Of a stretch of DNA of 64,000 nt, positions 21,036 to 31,785 are shown piece after piece. The position numbers and the translations under genes were made by a program. The notes under the pieces are model-generated. The model did no database searches, was not told the origin of the DNA, and saw nothing but the letters and a program-made list of their open reading frames with translations. The first letter of the stretch is position 1; each line of letters begins with the position of its first letter. Source of the stretch: a virus; the IMG/VR virus record IMGVR_UViG_3300010430_000025, positions 9,394 through 73,393 of that record, one strand, 5' to 3'.

Positions 21036-24000
21036 ATGCCACAAGAACCTTCATATAGCCAACAAATTTATGATTATTTAGGGACGCTGGATAACACATA
21101 CCAAAAAGACGTCTCTTTTGATAAATTTGAATCTTCTATGCAAGATAGAAATTTTGCACAAGAAACTTATGACTGGATAAACAGCGCAGACAACACATTT
21201 GGGAAAGATGTTCCTTTTGAAAAATTTTATAGTTCGTTAAAAAAAAAAGACCTTTCGCTTCAAGAGCGATTACGACCTTCTGCAAATGGCTCGCAGACTA
21301 TTTCAGCGTCTACTAAGGAAGTAGCAGAAATTCCTTTTCAAGAAAGGGAGGGAACCTTTAAAGAAAAACTACAGCCGACTAAAAAGCAATCTGAATGGTG
21401 GGAAATAACGCCAAAGCCTGTTACAGAAGATGAAAAACCTTTTGACCTTACTACAGGCATACAAAACGCCCAAAGGATAAACGCTAAAAACATAATAGAA
21501 TCATCTGTTAGAAAAAAACTAGAGCCTACAACGCCACCCGAATTGTTAGACCAGCAAGTTAGGGAGTATATAGATGAAAACACGGGAGAAAAGGCTGAGG
21601 AGAAGCTAAAAAATAGCAGAACACCAAAGTTTGTTGAGATAAGCCAAACCGAAATGGGCTTTGGTGAAGACTTGATTGGCAATTATAAGAAAACTATGAC
21701 CCCTGATGTGTTTAATACACTAACGCAAAGGGTTATTATTGATAAGCCTTATTTAAAACAGGCTGAACTTGATGAATACCCAAGTGAGATTATAGCTTTA
21801 AACGGCTTTGATAGAAACTCTTTAAGCGAGCCTGTAACAAGGAAATTACTACAACTACTTCAAGACAACCCTGTATATAAGAAAGATATACTAAGGGCAA
21901 TGTCTCGAAAAGGTGATGATTATAAGAGTTTTACTTTATCTGCTAAAGACCAAGAAAAATATTTAAGGTTAGCAACGGTAGCGTCGCCAAGTACGCAAAA
22001 AGCTCAAGAGAATTTAAGAAATATAGAAAACTCTCCAATATATAAAGAGCAATTAAAACCTTTTTTTGAAGCCAAAACACAACTTGATAAAGATGCGGCG
22101 TTGTTTAACGCAAAATACCCTAATCTAAAAGATGTGGAGCAAAGATTTGCTAAAAACCCTAACGACCAAACAGCAGCTTTATTTTTAAGGGATGTTTATG
22201 AAAACCCAGAATATCAAAGTTTATTACAAAGGCAGCAGGAATTAAACGCTGTAGAAAGTGGATTGTCTTCTGATATAGATAACTACATATCTAATGCAAA
22301 AACTGTTTACGAGGCTCAAAACCAATATCAAAAAGCAACTAATAATAGCAAGGCTATTTCTCAGGCTCGAATTGATGCTGATGTAAAAGAAATTAGCGAT
22401 AGGGTTGAGGGAGTGATACCCAACATGATGAAAAAGTTTAGCAACGCTACTATTGACCTTGTAAAGGGGATAGAAACGGCTATACCTGAACTGTACAAAG
22501 GAGCGTCAGAAGCTGTATTAGGCGCAGAGGGTTCACGGGAAGACCCTCTATATAGGGGGGCTGATTTAATAAGTGATTATTTAGCGGAAGGTGTAGATAC
22601 GTGGAAAATGGGTGATAAGCCTACAGGAGGCTTTATGAATGAGGACGGCTCTTTTAATGGAGAAAATTTACTGTATAGTATTGCTGAGGCAGCACCATTG
22701 TTTTTAACCTTAGCAGCAGGGAATCAATTAGCCGCTCCTAAAATAATGCAAACACTTGGAGTAGGGCAAAGAGCAGCTAATACTATAGCTACTGTTGGCG
22801 GAATGTATGTTACTACCTACGCACAAAATGCTGACATAGCAGACCAAATGGGTATAACAGGCAGGGCTAAAACCTTATACGCCCAATCTATGACCTTAAA
22901 CGAGGCGTTATGGGAAAGTATATTGCCGAACAACAAAGTATTTGGTAGAAGCCTTAAAAAACAGCTAATAGAAGAGTTTTCAAAAGAGCTTGTAGAGAAA
23001 GGCGAAAAGTATGCTGTAAAATCATTACTGAAAAAATCAGGAATGGTTATAGGTAGAATGGGGCTTGATGGTGGATTAGAAGGTATAGAAGAAATAGGCG
23101 TAAACTACACACAACCCTTAATAAACGAGGCGGTGAATAACGTTAAGGATATGGGTCAAAATCTAAACACAGATATGCCTACCCTTGCACAAAATGTTAA
23201 TGCCTTCGCTCCTGCATTTTTTATGAGTTCTATACCAAGTGGAGTATCAAGTGCTGCCAGTTTAAACTTAAGTCAATCACAATTAGCTGAAATGGCTGCT
23301 CAGGATATTGAAGGCACATTAAAGATGCTTGAGAAAAGTGGTTTAAGCGTTGAAGATAAAAAGAATATAGCAGTAATATTAGAAACGTATAATGTATTAG
23401 GTAAGCAAATGCCCGATGCCAGTCAGGGTAAAAGGGCTTATGCTATACCGCGTATAACACGTATAGAAGAGTTACAAGCACAGGCGACTACAGAAGGTAG
23501 AAACCCAACATTAGTAAAAGCTGATGAAAACGAAATCTCTAAACTTCAAAAAGAGGTAGAAGACGCTTTAGCTATGAGTGATGAGGAGTTTAAAAGCATT
23601 TACGATAAAGAAATGGCTGCTTCTATAGAAAAAGAATATGGCGCGCCTGACGAGGTGGAAGATGTAGTTGACTCAAAAGAGTCTACCGTCAAAGAAGAAA
23701 AAGTTTCAGAAACTATTGAAACTCCAACAGGTGAAGCTACTTTATCGGAAGAGCAAAAGGCAGAAAAATCAAAAGAAACACCTGCTAATACTGATGAGGT
23801 AATTGAAGATAAAATTAAACCAAACAATGAAGATACTAACACTAAAACAGTACAAGAGACTACACAAGTTGAGAAGCCTACAACACAACAGCCAGAGCAA
23901 GTCGTTGAGGCAAGTAGCGAAAACGTTTCTGAACAGCCTACTACAGTAGATAAACCAGTTAGTGCAAAAAATGCACCTACTGAAAAACCTAACATTATTC

Positions 24001-27000
24001 GCCCCAATAAAAGCATAATTTTAGAAGAGCCAATAGTTTCAAAAGAAAAAGAAAAAATTTCTATTAGGATTGACGGGGGAGAAGAAATTGTAAGTGGACA
24101 AAAAGTAACCATACCATATTACGAAGCCCTTGAATTATTTGCCGTAAAGGACGGAAAGCAATACATTATATATGAGAAAAACACAGGGATGTCTTTAGCC
24201 GCAAATGATACCGTTCAAAAAGCAGCAAACAACGTATATCAAACTCTTTTGTATCAGCAAGCATTTAATGATAACGGATATCTTTCTATCTATCAAATTA
24301 TTAATGATAACATTGATAAAAATGGAGGAACTGTAAATAATGGCAAAAAATACACAGAAACCCCTATTGTTATCCCAATAACAGAAGATAAAATAAAAAT
24401 ACTTGAGAGGACAATAAAAGAAACGCAAAGTAAAATATCGGAAGAGGAAGCTCGTGCCAAAAACTATATGGCTCAGCCAAACACCGAATTTTTAGAGCAA
24501 TATGTAAAAGAAACAAAAGAAAAAATAGAAAGGCTTAAAAAGCCAACAGCACCTACTGAAAAACCTGCTATCACCCCCGAAGAAACAGAAACCTTAAATA
24601 AGGAAGCTGAAAAATTAGGGTATGAAAATATTTTCAAGGCTACGAACTCGATTAATAAACGCTTAGGTACTGACTACAAAGACTACCGTGATATACCCAA
24701 AGAGGACTTGCAAAAAGTTAGTGAGCAAAGAAAGGCAGAAAAAACACCTGTTGTAGAAGCAAAGGCTAAGTCTAAAAAGGGGAAAACGTATTCTAAAACA
24801 GTACAAAACTTCGAGCCACAAGACATTACAGACCATATTGCTGAGTTCTTTTTAAAGGGGAGGGCAAGTATAGACAGTTATAAAAGCAATGGCGATAGTG
24901 TTGATATAGAGCCTTCAAAATATATAAAATTCTTAAAAAAAGAAGGGCAACCGATAGACCAAATAGCGCAGGACTTAAAGTTTCTACCTCAATTTGAAAA
25001 TATTGACGAAAAAGAAATTATAGAAGCCATAGTTGACTTTATTAAAAACGAGCCTTCACCAGAAGGTTATATACAAAGAAAGGCTGATGAAAAAGAAATT
25101 GCAGAAATCTACGAGCAAATTAAGCCAGAAGTTGAAGCAATAGACCAAACAACTACCGCAAACGAAGAGCGTATAAATAAGTTTTTAGAAAAATTTGATT
25201 ACTTAGACGAACTTGGGAATATTGATGCTGAAAAAGTATTACAAAACCTTGATGAATTTAACAATGACCCGACATATTTCGGGAATATACTTGATTTAAA
25301 CGAGAATGAAAGAGAACAGCTTAGACAAATCGCGGAAGAAAGAAAGTCCAGCGATGCAACTGGCGAGACTGCTAAAATTAGTAAAAGCACGAGCAGCGAA
25401 GAACCCACCAAAGAATCCGAAGGACAATTAGACTTAAAAGCTAAAACCTTTTCTCAATCAAAGCCTGAGTTTATTGATAAAAATAGTTCTGAGTTTAAAA
25501 GTAAAGAAGAAGCAGGTAAATTCTGGGAGGACAGCAGGAATAAAGGCTCTGATACATTTTATTCTGAAAACCCTCAATACTTTGTTTTAGGGGCTACATC
25601 TAATATTAAAGGGCAAATAAATATTGACCCAATATATAATCAAACACCTAAAAAACTAAACGAAATAGTATTAGATTTAACCAAAAATTTCGAGAAAGAT
25701 GTTTTATATACTAAAACAAAATCTAAAGGGCGTAGATATTTAGGGTATTATAAACCAAGTAATGCCGCCCTAGTTATAAAACACATTAACGACCTTAATA
25801 CAACCGCGCACGAAATTGGGCACGCCTTAGATGATAGGTATGGGTTTTTAGAAAAACTGTTATCAAAAGAAGGCAGCCCGATAAAAGAGGAATTGTTACA
25901 GCTATCTAAAACGGGGTCAAAGCCGCCTAAAGATTTGCAAGACAAAAAGCAATACAAACTTGGAGAGGGAGTAGCTGAATGGATAAGAGCATTTATAATA
26001 AACCCTGACGAAACAATAAATAAATACCCTGAAATATATAATTGGTACAAAGAAACTGTACCAGAAAAAGGACAAAAAGCAATAGATGTATTTAGTAATG
26101 ATGTTAGGGTGTTCGCGGGAAGTACTGCTATAAACAAGATACAAGCAAATATAGTGTTTGACCCAGAAAAGAAAAAGGGCTCTATTGTAGAGTTTTTCAA
26201 ACCTTCAGCAGCTTCTCAAGAGGGGTTTAACTTAAATTGGGGGGATAGATTATCTGTAAAATGGATTGATAGAACACAAGCTATAAAAACAGCTACTGAT
26301 TACGCTACAAACATTAACGGAACAGAATTGTTACCCAAAAATAACCCTGTTTTACTTGCTAGGCTAGTACTAGGAATAAATGAAAAGATGGATAACATCT
26401 TTGAAAATGGAATGGTGGACGCTAACCTTAAAAGAATAGTAGATAAAAAAACAGGCAAGAATTTAAACATAGAATTTTTAATAGAGAATTTTGATAGCAG
26501 CAGCCTTGAATCAATAAAAGAAGAGCAACAGTTTACAGCGTCTGTCATGGTTGCTCAAAGGGTAAAAGAACTGTATAATCGGTTTGAAAAAGAAAATAGT
26601 GAAGCAAAAGAAAAAGGGTTACCTATTCCACATAGTAATATAGACAGGATTATAAATGCAGGGGGTGGATTGTTTAAAAACATGGATGTAGTTAATGAGG
26701 CTCTTAATGAATTTGAGCAACTAAAAACAGATAACCCAGAAAAGGCGAAAAGAATTGAAGAAAGCGCAAGGAGATTAAGAGTATTTGCTGACGCATCATT
26801 ACAATACCTTAAAGATAACGGTAGAATATCCGAAGATTTTTATGAGCAAATAAAAGCAAACGGGATGGAGTATGTTGGGTTAGGCAGGGTAATGGAAGCT
26901 AATCCAAACGAAAGGGTAACGGGATTTAAAAACAATAATGGAGGAGCGTTAGGGACTGTAGCTTCTTTTGAAAAAGTAAGTGGTAGCGAAAGAATGCTTA

Positions 27001-28745
27001 AAGACCCTTATTCTTTTTTAATTGAAACAGTTTATAAATCTGTAAAAGAGGGGGATAGAAACAAGGTTGCTTTGTCTTTTGTTAATATGCTTGAATCTAC
27101 TCGACAAATGTACGAGGGAGAACCAAATGCTTTAGCAACAGTAGGCAGACCCTCTAAAAAAGGCGAGCCAAATACTATAGAGGTTTTTAGAAACGGAGAA
27201 CCTGAGTACTGGCAGCTAAACCCTGATATATACGATGCCTTTAAAAACCTAAACTCATTAGCGGGTAAAATCCCTGCTGTATTTACTTTTTTACCCTCTA
27301 TAATGCGATGGACTGTAACTAACAGTCCCGTATTTGCTTTGCGAAACAGGGCAAGGGATTTACAGCAAAAAGCTATTTTAAATAAGGACGGGTTTAGATT
27401 TAGCGACTGGCTAAATAAAAAAGAATATAAGGACAGGTATGCTTTATTTGGGGGGGGGCAAGCGGGCTACCATTTACTTAACGAAGATTTCTATTATAGA
27501 ACGCTAAAAGAAAAAATGGAGGAGTTAGCGAAAGATAAGAATACTCTTTTGTTAGCCCCTAAAAAAATAGGGCAAGCGTATTCTAATCTATTAGCAAATA
27601 GCGAGAGAGCAACCCGACTAGAACAATATACGGCTACTTATAGAAAGGCTAAGAAAAAAGGGCTTGATGATTATGATGCAAATTTAGTAGCCGCTTATGA
27701 ATCGAGAGACTTAATGGATTTTGCTGTTGCAGGGACATGGATGCAGTATATTAACCAGATAATTCCCTTTAGTAACGCAGCAGTAAGAGGAACAGAAAAA
27801 GCCATAAGAACAGCGTATAAAGACCCTGTAGGGTTTTCTGTAAGAATGATGTTGTACTCTGTTATTCCGTCTGTTTTAACGCTTTTAATAGCAAAAGAAA
27901 TGGGTGGGGACGAGGATGATGATTGGTATTCTCAACTACCTGCATGGAGAAGAGATTTATTTTACAATATAAAAACGGGAGATAATTTAGTTATAGCTAT
28001 TCCTAAGCCTTTTGAATTAGGAGTGGTTGGAAGTGGCGCAGAACGAGTGATAGATAGGACTGTTTATAAAAATGAAAAAGCCTTTGAAGGATATGGAGGG
28101 TCAGTTGCTACCTCTTTGTTCCCTTTTGATGAAAGTGCTATAGCGGGACCATACGGAACATTGGTAGAGATGGCAGCTAACTATGATTTCTTTAGAAAGA
28201 AAAACATTATACCCTCTTACGAAGCTAATAAAAAACTCTCTTTAAGAGAGGGCGACAAATACGCAAGTAACTTAGGAAAAGTTATACAAAACGCTACTGG
28301 CGTAGATGCCAGAAAAGTAGACTTTCTTATAAAAGATATGTTTACTTATTATGGTGATTGGGCAACAAAGGCTTCAAATATTGGAGACAGTACTAAAAGG
28401 TCGTTTGATTTGCCTACTACTGGTTTTTTAAGAAACGATGCGGTATCTCAAAACTTAGATGTTAAATGGGTAGAGAATGCTGCCGAAAGTTATGGTATAA
28501 CACAAAAACTACCTTATAGATTAACTACAAGTAGGGATTTAGCTGTTTTACACGCAAGGTTAAGGTCAGATTTCTTTGCTTTGAAAGACGCTGAAAAGAA
28601 GTATTATAAAATTAAGACTGATGAAGAAAAAGACTTAGCGGCAAAAGAGTTAAGAAAATTAGCAACTCTATTAAGGAAATCTTGGGAGAAAGACGTAAAA
28701 GAACTTGAAAAGTTACAGGTAGCGGTTCTTAAAGCGCAGGAATAG
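21036..28745 (+). CDS. giant polyvalent internal virion protein (HExxH metallopeptidase-like and LPD38-like domains)
   Basis: 2569 aa; TAHEIGHALD..EGVAE; C-terminal IIPFSNA, LPAWRRD, IPKPFELG motifs. Confidence 0.75.
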   Translation: MPQEPSYSQQIYDYLGTLDNTYQKDVSFDKFESSMQDRNFAQETYDWINSADNTFGKDVPFEKFYSSLKKKDLSLQERLRPSANGSQTISASTKEVAEIPFQEREGTFKEKLQPTKKQSEWWEITPKPVTEDEKPFDLTTGIQNAQRINAKNIIESSVRKKLEPTTPPELLDQQVREYIDENTGEKAEEKLKNSRTPKFVEISQTEMGFGEDLIGNYKKTMTPDVFNTLTQRVIIDKPYLKQAELDEYPSEIIALNGFDRNSLSEPVTRKLLQLLQDNPVYKKDILRAMSRKGDDYKSFTLSAKDQEKYLRLATVASPSTQKAQENLRNIENSPIYKEQLKPFFEAKTQLDKDAALFNAKYPNLKDVEQRFAKNPNDQTAALFLRDVYENPEYQSLLQRQQELNAVESGLSSDIDNYISNAKTVYEAQNQYQKATNNSKAISQARIDADVKEISDRVEGVIPNMMKKFSNATIDLVKGIETAIPELYKGASEAVLGAEGSREDPLYRGADLISDYLAEGVDTWKMGDKPTGGFMNEDGSFNGENLLYSIAEAAPLFLTLAAGNQLAAPKIMQTLGVGQRAANTIATVGGMYVTTYAQNADIADQMGITGRAKTLYAQSMTLNEALWESILPNNKVFGRSLKKQLIEEFSKELVEKGEKYAVKSLLKKSGMVIGRMGLDGGLEGIEEIGVNYTQPLINEAVNNVKDMGQNLNTDMPTLAQNVNAFAPAFFMSSIPSGVSSAASLNLSQSQLAEMAAQDIEGTLKMLEKSGLSVEDKKNIAVILETYNVLGKQMPDASQGKRAYAIPRITRIEELQAQATTEGRNPTLVKADENEISKLQKEVEDALAMSDEEFKSIYDKEMAASIEKEYGAPDEVEDVVDSKESTVKEEKVSETIETPTGEATLSEEQKAEKSKETPANTDEVIEDKIKPNNEDTNTKTVQETTQVEKPTTQQPEQVVEASSENVSEQPTTVDKPVSAKNAPTEKPNIIRPNKSIILEEPIVSKEKEKISIRIDGGEEIVSGQKVTIPYYEALELFAVKDGKQYIIYEKNTGMSLAANDTVQKAANNVYQTLLYQQAFNDNGYLSIYQIINDNIDKNGGTVNNGKKYTETPIVIPITEDKIKILERTIKETQSKISEEEARAKNYMAQPNTEFLEQYVKETKEKIERLKKPTAPTEKPAITPEETETLNKEAEKLGYENIFKATNSINKRLGTDYKDYRDIPKEDLQKVSEQRKAEKTPVVEAKAKSKKGKTYSKTVQNFEPQDITDHIAEFFLKGRASIDSYKSNGDSVDIEPSKYIKFLKKEGQPIDQIAQDLKFLPQFENIDEKEIIEAIVDFIKNEPSPEGYIQRKADEKEIAEIYEQIKPEVEAIDQTTTANEERINKFLEKFDYLDELGNIDAEKVLQNLDEFNNDPTYFGNILDLNENEREQLRQIAEERKSSDATGETAKISKSTSSEEPTKESEGQLDLKAKTFSQSKPEFIDKNSSEFKSKEEAGKFWEDSRNKGSDTFYSENPQYFVLGATSNIKGQINIDPIYNQTPKKLNEIVLDLTKNFEKDVLYTKTKSKGRRYLGYYKPSNAALVIKHINDLNTTAHEIGHALDDRYGFLEKLLSKEGSPIKEELLQLSKTGSKPPKDLQDKKQYKLGEGVAEWIRAFIINPDETINKYPEIYNWYKETVPEKGQKAIDVFSNDVRVFAGSTAINKIQANIVFDPEKKKGSIVEFFKPSAASQEGFNLNWGDRLSVKWIDRTQAIKTATDYATNINGTELLPKNNPVLLARLVLGINEKMDNIFENGMVDANLKRIVDKKTGKNLNIEFLIENFDSSSLESIKEEQQFTASVMVAQRVKELYNRFEKENSEAKEKGLPIPHSNIDRIINAGGGLFKNMDVVNEALNEFEQLKTDNPEKAKRIEESARRLRVFADASLQYLKDNGRISEDFYEQIKANGMEYVGLGRVMEANPNERVTGFKNNNGGALGTVASFEKVSGSERMLKDPYSFLIETVYKSVKEGDRNKVALSFVNMLESTRQMYEGEPNALATVGRPSKKGEPNTIEVFRNGEPEYWQLNPDIYDAFKNLNSLAGKIPAVFTFLPSIMRWTVTNSPVFALRNRARDLQQKAILNKDGFRFSDWLNKKEYKDRYALFGGGQAGYHLLNEDFYYRTLKEKMEELAKDKNTLLLAPKKIGQAYSNLLANSERATRLEQYTATYRKAKKKGLDDYDANLVAAYESRDLMDFAVAGTWMQYINQIIPFSNAAVRGTEKAIRTAYKDPVGFSVRMMLYSVIPSVLTLLIAKEMGGDEDDDWYSQLPAWRRDLFYNIKTGDNLVIAIPKPFELGVVGSGAERVIDRTVYKNEKAFEGYGGSVATSLFPFDESAIAGPYGTLVEMAANYDFFRKKNIIPSYEANKKLSLREGDKYASNLGKVIQNATGVDARKVDFLIKDMFTYYGDWATKASNIGDSTKRSFDLPTTGFLRNDAVSQNLDVKWVENAAESYGITQKLPYRLTTSRDLAVLHARLRSDFFALKDAEKKYYKIKTDEEKDLAAKELRKLATLLRKSWEKDVKELEKLQVAVLKAQE
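23973..24566 (+). repeat. 18-bp direct repeat flanking an in-frame cassette
   Basis: GCACCTACTGAAAAACCT at 23973-23990 and 24549-24566. Confidence 0.85.
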
Positions 28746-28945
28746 CCTTATTCTTATAGTGCTGTAAATTTCTTTACAAACGATTATTTATAAGTGCATA
28801 AAAGCTGTTCTATATTTGTCTCTTTCCTCAGTAACTTTTTTAAGTTTCTCTTCAAGTTCTGAATTTCTATTTCTCAGGTACTTTATGCGTTGCCACATCT
28901 TATATTCTCTTAGAGTGTGGCTTGAAATAAGTTTGAATTTCATAA

Positions 28946-29530
28946 TCAATTGTTTTTAAGTTCACTACTAACATTAATATGATTAGTTTTTAATTTGGGT
29001 ATATCAACATTCCAGTCTACAAAGTTATCACCACTATCCCAACGTAAAAATGTATTAGGGCTTATAGCAAAGTAACCGTTTTCTAATTGCAATACGTGAT
29101 GTCCTTTAACGCTCTTATCATTAGCATAACCAAAAGGATATGTACTATTATAAACTTCTTCTATAGTAAATAGATACTTGCCCCTATACTTGCTTTTATT
29201 CCTTGAGGTAAATACAGCTTCGCAGTTATGTAGATACCAATATACTATACACTCAGCAGAGGAGCCCTGACTATCCCACCATGACAAGTTTTGCTGTATA
29301 GTTTCTAACTCATCGCTTTTAAAGTCCTCTGCATTCTCATTCCATACAAAAGATGATATTGGCAGGTTATTGTATATAACACCGCTTTCAAGCATAATGT
29401 GAAAGGTTAAGGCGTTATTAAGGGCTATTTTAGCCGCAAATATCTCACAGGGTAAATACCCTTGCTCATTGCTTATAACGTCCTTACGGACAAAGCATGG
29501 GACAACTGGAGTGTTTATGTTGCTTGTCAT
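28946..29530 (-). CDS. conserved phage hypothetical protein
   Basis: 194-aa ORF in minus-strand operon. Confidence 0.7.
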   Translation of the reverse strand: MTSNINTPVVPCFVRKDVISNEQGYLPCEIFAAKIALNNALTFHIMLESGVIYNNLPISSFVWNENAEDFKSDELETIQQNLSWWDSQGSSAECIVYWYLHNCEAVFTSRNKSKYRGKYLFTIEEVYNSTYPFGYANDKSVKGHHVLQLENGYFAISPNTFLRWDSGDNFVDWNVDIPKLKTNHINVSSELKNN

Positions 29531-30030
29531 TAATCAAATTTAGGTAGTGGAGCGTTTAAAATACTACCTGTAGGGGCAGAACCAATGGGGTATCCCTCAA
29601 AATCAACAGGGGTATTGCTTTCCATTTCTTTAGCGCATATCTCCCTTTGCTCTTTACACTTTTGTTCAGCGTAGGCTATTATTAACTCTTTTAACCCTCT
29701 TTCGTGAAGAGTGTTTACTTCATCTAAAATATCTCCAGTTCCTACACCTATTAAGTGCGCTGCATCGTAATTAGATAATATATCTTCAAGATGCTCACTA
29801 AATTGTTGTCCTTCTTGTTTTTGTAAGTTTTCCAGTGTCATTTTTTCTTTAAAAATTATTATACTCCCTTTTTTGTAGTGTTCTACTATATCAAAAAAAT
29901 CTTTTTCAAACCCCTCTTTTGTTTTAAGTGTTTTTGAGTGTATTACCTCATTTGTTTTGTTGTCAACAGCTAAATACTCTGTATTATCTTCTTTATACGG
30001 GTCAATCACCATAGTATATCTATTTTTCAT
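29530..30030 (-). CDS. hypothetical protein
   Basis: 166 aa, coupled to neighbour. Confidence 0.65.
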   Translation of the reverse strand: MKNRYTMVIDPYKEDNTEYLAVDNKTNEVIHSKTLKTKEGFEKDFFDIVEHYKKGSIIIFKEKMTLENLQKQEGQQFSEHLEDILSNYDAAHLIGVGTGDILDEVNTLHERGLKELIIAYAEQKCKEQREICAKEMESNTPVDFEGYPIGSAPTGSILNAPLPKFD

Positions 30031-30041
30031 TATCTATACTT

Positions 30042-30290
30042 TTAGTTTAATTTTACAAATCCCAAAACACAATACCCCTCTTTTATTCCCCATTCTTCAC
30101 CTGTAAGAACATAAGATACATCTAAAGTTATTCGCTGCCCTGTATATTCGTTTGTGTTGGGTAAAAACTCTTGTAACAAGAGCGCGTCTCCAACTTTAAA
30201 ATCCCTATCGTTTTTTCTAACTTCAAAGGTTTTATCACCTAATTGAACATCCTTAAAATAAGGTGGTATTGTTTTTAACTCGTGTATCAT
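30042..30290 (-). CDS. ASCH/PUA-like protein (DUF3850)
   Basis: HELKT.P.YF..V..G.KTFEVR.NDRDF.VGD. Confidence 0.85.
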   Translation of the reverse strand: MIHELKTIPPYFKDVQLGDKTFEVRKNDRDFKVGDALLLQEFLPNTNEYTGQRITLDVSYVLTGEEWGIKEGYCVLGFVKLN

Positions 30291-30304
30291 ACTATTAATA
30301 GTAT

Positions 30305-30511
30305 TTAAGTTTTCTTAAAAAATGTTTCTGGCTTCATTTCTAACCATGTTACTATCTTAGTAAAGGTTTTCATATCAACAGTTTTTTTGTTTATAGCTCT
30401 ATTAACAGTCATACTGCCAATACCTATTAACTTAGCGACCTCTCTAACTCCCCTACCCTCAGACTTTAATTCTATAGCTATTGAAAACTTATCCTTATCA
30501 AACTCTATCAT
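30305..30511 (-). CDS. XRE-like HTH protein
   Basis: GVREVAKLIGIGSMTVNRA. Confidence 0.75.
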   Translation of the reverse strand: MIEFDKDKFSIAIELKSEGRGVREVAKLIGIGSMTVNRAINKKTVDMKTFTKIVTWLEMKPETFFKKT

Positions 30512-30526
30512 AAATATATATTTAAG

Positions 30527-30955
30527 TTAATCAGTGTATGCAATAAATTTAAAATGACCTCCCGAAAACCTATCAAACCTTCCGCCAAAAGTTCCTTTAA
30601 CCTTTTCAAAAACATCCTCTTTAGTAATCCCTTCGGGATATACACCTTCACATATTTGAGTAAAAGATGTGTGACCACTCACTATATAATCAATCTTAGT
30701 ATTATCTAAGTCTTGATAAGTTTTTATCTTGATAGGTGTGTATTTTACTTCAGCACGTTCGTTTTCTTTTTCTATTTGCTCCTCTCTACCGTCCCATTCG
30801 CAAGCGGGGCAATATTCAGAACTATTTACACAATAGCTGCAAGGAGGGTTAATATGGCAGCTACAAGAGCCTTCTTTTTCGTATTCATCTATAATACCAA
30901 TACATCCGCCTCTATTACATGTTTCTCCTTTTAAATACCCTATTTCAATATTCAT
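30527..30955 (-). CDS. Cys-rich zinc-binding protein
   Basis: CSCHINPPCSYC..CPAC; TATCTTTG 4 nt upstream of ATG. Confidence 0.7.
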   Translation of the reverse strand: MNIEIGYLKGETCNRGGCIGIIDEYEKEGSCSCHINPPCSYCVNSSEYCPACEWDGREEQIEKENERAEVKYTPIKIKTYQDLDNTKIDYIVSGHTSFTQICEGVYPEGITKEDVFEKVKGTFGGRFDRFSGGHFKFIAYTD

Positions 30956-30993
30956 GATTCAAAGATACAGCTTATCTTTAATAATACAAGTGT

Positions 30994-31458
30994 TTAATCT
31001 ACATAATATCTTTCGTCAATAGAATAATCAGCATCAGCATCTGGGATAACAACACCTAATTCCTCTGCTGCCCATCGGTGTATCTTGTCAATATACTCAC
31101 TCATAATATCTGTACTAACTTCTCCTTTGTTAGACATACTAAGGGGGATTTTATATATTTCTGCTGTATCTTCATTAATTACTTCTTTGAATAAGAATTG
31201 TGATTTTAAGAATTGGTGTACCTGCTCTTGCGAAAACTCATTACCCATATCATTAAGGGCTTTTTTTACAAAACCAACACACACGAAGTAATACCTAAGT
31301 TGTGGTGAGGTACGTCTTTTAACTGCTTTTCTAAGTGTTAGTTCAATATTCTGCCCTTCAAACTCTGTAAGGTGTTTTAGGAACTTATCTCTTTTGTCGA
31401 GGGTTAGTTTACCTTCTTTTACTGTGCCTGTAAAGGCGTATATTAGTTTTTCAGGCAT
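30994..31458 (-). CDS. NinB-like protein
   Basis: RT..Q..YYF, VH.FLK..F, MSEYIDKI..WAAE.LGVVIP. Confidence 0.65.
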   Translation of the reverse strand: MPEKLIYAFTGTVKEGKLTLDKRDKFLKHLTEFEGQNIELTLRKAVKRRTSPQLRYYFVCVGFVKKALNDMGNEFSQEQVHQFLKSQFLFKEVINEDTAEIYKIPLSMSNKGEVSTDIMSEYIDKIHRWAAEELGVVIPDADADYSIDERYYVD

Positions 31459-31778
31459 TACAATAGGTTGTTTTTAGAAGTCCACACAGGGCAATTTATA
31501 CATAAATCACTTGCTTTTTCATGTGCTGGGGTGAAGTGCTTATCATAATTAAAGTTTGGATTGGTACAATACCATTCCTTCCATGTTTGTAAAAATTGCG
31601 TCTCGCTCTCCATGCCGTTAGTGTTAATAGATTGTTTGCCGTGTTTACAGGTTTTACAAGTTCTGTATTTTGGATTAGTCCAGCACTTGCAGTTTTTTTC
31701 GTGGTTTAAGCAACTTTTTTTATCCCAATACCCTTTCCCGCAATCAGCGATATACCTTGTTACTTTTTTAGACTTCAT
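31458..31778 (-). CDS. Cys-rich hypothetical protein
   Basis: multiple CxxC/CxxH. Confidence 0.65.
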   Translation of the reverse strand: MKSKKVTRYIADCGKGYWDKKSCLNHEKNCKCWTNPKYRTCKTCKHGKQSINTNGMESETQFLQTWKEWYCTNPNFNYDKHFTPAHEKASDLCINCPVWTSKNNLL

Positions 31779-31785
31779 AATTATA

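Noticed and set aside
1359-26548. Many antisense ORFs inside structural genes
   Set aside because: Ser/Phe/Leu-rich mirror translations of coding strands with no start context.
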